Shown here piece after piece: positions 59,921 through 64,000 of a stretch of DNA of 64,000 bases. The stretch covers positions 509,061 to 573,060 of the forward strand of contig MU058423.1 in the NCBI GenBank assembly GCA_013265495.1. The letters are read 5' to 3'. The notes below the pieces were generated by a model. That model was not told the origin of the DNA and searched no databases. It saw only the letters and a list, made by a program, of their open reading frames with translations. The DNA is from Vicugna vicugna (Eukaryota). Position numbers and translations under genes: made by a program. Every line of letters starts with the position of its first letter. Within the stretch, counting starts at the first letter, position 1.

Positions 59921-60132
59921 TTTTTTTAAATTAAAGTACCATCAGTTATAATGTATCAATTTTTGGTGTACAGCACACTGTCCCAGTCATACATATACAT
60001 ACATATATTCATTTTCATATTCTTTTTCATTAAAGGTTATTACAAGATATTGAGCATAGTTCCCTGTGCTATACAGCAGAATTTTTAAAATCTATTTTTA
60101 TATATAGTGGCTAACATTTGTAAATCTCAAAC
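59921..60132 (-). mobile_element. Young L1 3' end with TSD (same type as 2527-2788)
   Basis: TTTTGGTGTACAGCACACTGTCCCAGTCAT..ATAGTTCCCTGTGCTATACAG..CTAACATTTGTAAATCTCAAAC. TSD TGAG(G/C)TTCTT at 59911-59920 and 60133-60142. Confidence 0.92.
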
Positions 60133-60189
60133 TGAGCTTCTTGTATTTGTGGGCTTGTGGGTTTAAAAAACCTAGGATAAATAAGAGAA

Positions 60190-60614
60190 CGTTTCATAGG
60201 TCAGGTTCTATGGAAACATATCCTTAAGTGGAGATTTTCATGAAGGAGGTTTACGGGGCATGCACTGAGGAACAATGTCTGAGAGAAGCAGGACTGGGCA
60301 GAGAGAAAATTTGAACTAATCCAGTTAGAAGAGAGATCCTGGTCAATTGCATGGGAGTCTCTGGCGCTGAAGTGACCGTTCAGAGTTTTCTCAAACTGAA
60401 ACAAGAGGTCTGAGCCCCACATTTGCTGGTCATTAGGTGTGGGCTGCCCTCAGCAAGGTGACATAATTTCAGGTCAGGAGGCTCCCTTTAGCCAAGAGAA
60501 ATTTCTGGAGAGGGATGCAGCTGTAAGTTACCTTTGGCCAGTTCTCCTGGCAGTTGAGACAGTGTATGTCTCACTCCTAAAGGGGAAATAGGAATACAGT
60601 ACAGCTTCCATGAC
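60190..60614 (-). mobile_element. ERVL solo LTR, LTR16-like
   Basis: GAAGCAGGACTGGGCAGAGAGAAAATTTGAACT..TGGGAGTCTCTGGCGCTG..GTCATTAGGTGTGGGCTGCCC. Confidence 0.75.
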
Positions 60615-60869
60615 AGCAGTGCTTCCTTCTGTAATGAACTTGAAGTCATCAGTGCTGGAGGTGGTGCTATAGATTCTCAGTTCCTGCAGGATACAGTATT
60701 TCCATTATTTTTGGCATTTCCATCAGTGATGGCATTGGATTGTTACTCAGCTGTTTTGTGTTTACAAGTCTTATCTTCTCAAATATTTATAAGCTTCTAG
60801 AAAACAGGTGCCATCTTTACTACCCTGTGGCTGCCACAGTGTTTTTGCTCATTTATTAGTGGAGTACTA

Positions 60870-62120
60870 ACCCTCCAAAGAATCTTTTGGATCACCTCTT
60901 CCAAATTCCTCACTTTACAACTGGGTAAACTGAAGCTGAGAGTGGTTGTACAGTCAATCAGCATCTGACCTGAGGCTAGAGCCAAGATCTCTCAGCTTAT
61001 AATTCAGCACTCTTTTCACTGTGCCTGGGTGTGTCATATCGAGTCATCAGTAATTAATACATAAATATAATTGAGCATCTACTGTTCTATCTCTAGTGAA
61101 TAAACAGTCCAAGTAGACTTTATGTAAACATGAATGGCATTGCACAGAGGTTTAAGGTAACACAGGATCTGAAGAAGACTTAAAGATCCACTCATACAGT
61201 AAATTATGAGTAATATGTTTCATATTTGTAAGCAAATACAGATTTTAAGTATTCATATGCATTGAAAAAGACTGCAAGGGTATATTTCAGCATGTTAACA
61301 TTTATTATCCCCAGATTGTAGAATTAAGAGTAATTTTTTAACTTACAGTTAAAAATTTTTGACAATAAATATATATTAATTTGTGCAATTTTCGATAAAG
61401 CTTAATTAAATATCTAGTCCTTAAAATCTCTCTGACAAATTGCTTAGCATCTCTGTAGCCGACCAAATCCATCTTTGGACATCACTGCCTCTTAGAATAT
61501 TCTTCTATTAAACTGGAATCTGTTTCCCTGGAGTTTTTGCTTTTGATCCTATTTTTAGCTTGTGGTCATTCATTGGAAGTTTTTTTCTTATTCTATGTGA
61601 AAGCCCTTCAGACAGATGAAGACAGTTAGCCTATTCTCCTTCCAGCCAAACATATCTTATCCTTTCCTCTTTTCAACTTTAGGATATCTGGTGATGGCTA
61701 AAGAGCCATTGGGAACCACCTCAAATTAGACCTAAACAGCTCTCTGGGAGCCCCAGCCAGAGAAGAACTGTTAGGTGGATCCAGGGTATCCACTGCTGGT
61801 TTATGTACTGAATGAACGTTAATCAGGTGCTCAACATGCACCACGTTGTGAGCCGGGGATACAGGAGTACATGTTAAGATGCTTCCCCTGGGATTCACAG
61901 TCTGGGAGAGGCAGATTTATGACAGATGATGATCATGTAGCTTAATTAAGACATAAAAAGAGATCAATGGGAGCAAAGGGTTGTGACCAATTCTCCTGGG
62001 GGGAGTGCAGAAATGTTGCAAAGGAAATGGCATCAGAGCCATGTCTTGAAGGAAGAGAAGTTTGCCGTGGTTCAATACATAGACAGACAGGCTGAGGCAA
62101 ACATCCTTTCCCTGGGGAGT
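60870..62120. mobile_element. Run of ancient fragments: MIR (-, ~60870-61030), L1ME 3' end (+, ~61200-61400), CR1/L3 (-, ~61420-61690), L2 (-, ~61800-62120)
   Basis: MIR core CCTCACTTTACAACTGGGTAAACTGAAGCTGAGAG. L1ME-like AAAAAGACTGCAAGGGTATATTTCAGCATGTTAACA. CR1-like AGCCCTTCAGACAGATGAAGACAGTTA..CTTCCAGCCAAACAT. L2-like GATGCTTCCCCTGGGATTCACAGTCTGG. Confidence 0.6.
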
Positions 62121-62429
62121 TTTGCTCCTCCAAATACAGCAATGGGTTTCTTCGTGGCTCCTGCCCAGGCACAGAGTTTGTTGGCTAGTCTGTTTCTTAG
62201 GCAGGGTGAAGAATGGGAACATAGCAAGGGCATGAAGCAACAGGGAGATGATATAACCTAATAACCAAGTCTCTAGGTATTTTCCTCTCCTTGCTCCCAA
62301 TTTGATCAAAGAGTTTTCCTAAAAGGAAGTGAGAGACTGAATCAACTTTTCCCATAGCACTTGGGAAATCAGGTTCAGCCCAGAGTGTAGCTTTTAGTCA
62401 GACTCTCTGAACTAAATAAATCTAAATCA

Positions 62430-62990
62430 TTTTCTCCCCATGCTATTCCATTCATAGAAAACCTGCCCACCGACAGCCTACAAAAGGCAATTCTAATTAT
62501 CATGTGCTTCTACCTGTATAATATCTGATTGTTTTAATGTAGACACCTGACCTTCACTGAGCTAGTAAATGGGTCTTTGCAGGGAATATAGAAGAGGGTA
62601 CAGACTGAGACATTAACCTCTAGGAGCTAAGCTACAAAATTCCAGCAATAGAGTTGGGGGGGAGGGAGGAGCCACCATTTCAGGGCATTTGTGTTGGACC
62701 ATGTAGAAATGGGTGAATGAGCACAGAAACTGGTCTGAGGAGAGAGAAAAATGAAGAAGATAACATAGAATAGTTGAAAGACGATTTAGGGTAGAAAGAG
62801 GATAGAGGGAGAAAAACAGAACACGTTAACTTCCCATTTCCTGTAAAGCCCATTGCACCTTCCTTCCTTCCTTCCTTCCTTTCTCATTTCTGTTCTATGA
62901 TATTCCCCAGGGTGCTTAAGATAAATTCCATTTTATCCAAGTTGGCTTTTGTGGACATCTCTTCCTTGTAACCAAAATGTCCCTGAAGGG
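62430..62990 (+). mobile_element. Old MaLR (MLT1) LTR
   Basis: The 3' end GATAAATTCCATTTTATCCAAGTTGGCTT..TTCCTTGTAACCAAAATGTCCCTGA resembles MLT1 termini. Confidence 0.5.
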
Positions 62991-63499
62991 TTTCATTTAC
63001 TTAGTTTACCTCTTTAATTCTGTATGGTGACTGAAATAATTAGCTTGAACTGGCCCCATTTCCAGACCCTCTGTTGTCCTGGCTGTGAAGCAAGAATCCC
63101 CTTTGGGAGAAAGACCAGCTTATATGGGGACTGATATTTGGCTAATAATGATTCATGGCATCAGTTTGGAAATGTGATCTCGGTTACTACTGCTTGCTTT
63201 CTGCCCTCTTTACAAATGTCTGGTCTCACAATAGGCAGGAACTAGCGGCAGCTGGCACTGGGACTGCCTGTGGCTTTGAGGACTGTGACACTGTTTATTT
63301 CCCTGGCTGTAGCCCTGAGAGGGTGGCTGATTTCCTCAGAGGGTAACACCCGAATCTCACACTACAGTGCTGGAGAAGTCAGAGAGCAGTCACCTAACAT
63401 GAGGACAGAAATGCAGAAAATATGCTCAGTGTCCCCTGAGCCACATGTTAACTTTAATGCTCTCCAGCTCAGGTAGTTTCAATTAATTTGCACATTTTT

Positions 63500-63880
63500 A
63501 TTAAGCATCTACTGTGCATCAATGATCTCATCTTTCTTTTCCTCGTTTGCTCCTCTTCTGACTCCTTTTCCTTAATTTACATCCCAAGAACCTTTTCTTC
63601 TCCAATACTCCCTTGGGTTACTGACTCATTTCTCTGTTTTATTGCTGAACTTTCTCAAAGAGGCACCCACAGTTGCTATCTCTATTTCCTTAACCTTTCA
63701 CTAACTCCTTATCTCTGTGCCATCTATCTTCTGCTTTCCCCTTGATACAATTTGGTTCTCCGAATTTCCTGTATCTTCACCATACATGCTTCTTAAGTTA
63801 TTTGAAGTGGCTTTCGGTTCCTTGTAACTTAACAATTTCTAAGCCATTCTCGTTTCCTCAGTTCACCTCTCTGGCCTCTA
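63500..63880 (+). mobile_element. L2 internal fragment
   Basis: Pyrimidine-rich; CTGAACTTTCTCAAAGAGG..CTATCTCTATTTCCTTAACCTTTCACTAACTCCTT is an L2 ORF2-region-like motif. Confidence 0.45.
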
Positions 63881-64000
63881 TACAAGGACTAGTATACTCT
63901 GTTTTTCCCTCAAGCAGCTAAGGGAATGGGGATTTCTCTGGTACAGACCAAGGGGACCTAGGAAAACCCAAATCTGGTCCTGCCTTAGCTACATATTTTC

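Overview
This is mammalian non-coding genomic DNA, probably from a camelid (alpaca, llama, vicuna or camel). That inference rests mainly on a tRNA-Ala-derived Vic-1-like SINE at ~39.8 kb; several young L1 3' ends share one lineage-type tail. I found no credible host protein-coding gene, rRNA, true tRNA gene or CRISPR array. The only ORF-track peptides I recognise are decayed retroelement proteins (ERVL Gag and RT, L1 ORF2); ERVL protease remnants are also readable by hand translation. Much of the window is interspersed repeat: two independent ERVL proviral fossils, many solo MaLR/ERVL LTRs, one CpG-rich ERV1-like LTR, L2, MIR, CR1, hAT DNA transposons and an L1-dense block at ~46-60 kb. Unique stretches between them carry enhancer-like motif clusters. 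The most notable items are (1) a ~170-bp TSD-flanked retrocopy of an unidentified polyadenylated RNA, (2) a three-level nested insertion that creates an L1 inverted repeat, (3) a tandem L1 3'-end dimer inside one TSD pair, (4) a CpG-rich solo LTR, and (5) a minus-strand bias of LTRs and L1s suggesting a + strand transcription unit. I did not find convincing evidence for a new biological system. Repeat subfamily names come from recalled consensus resemblance, not computed alignments, and boundaries without a stated TSD are approximate.
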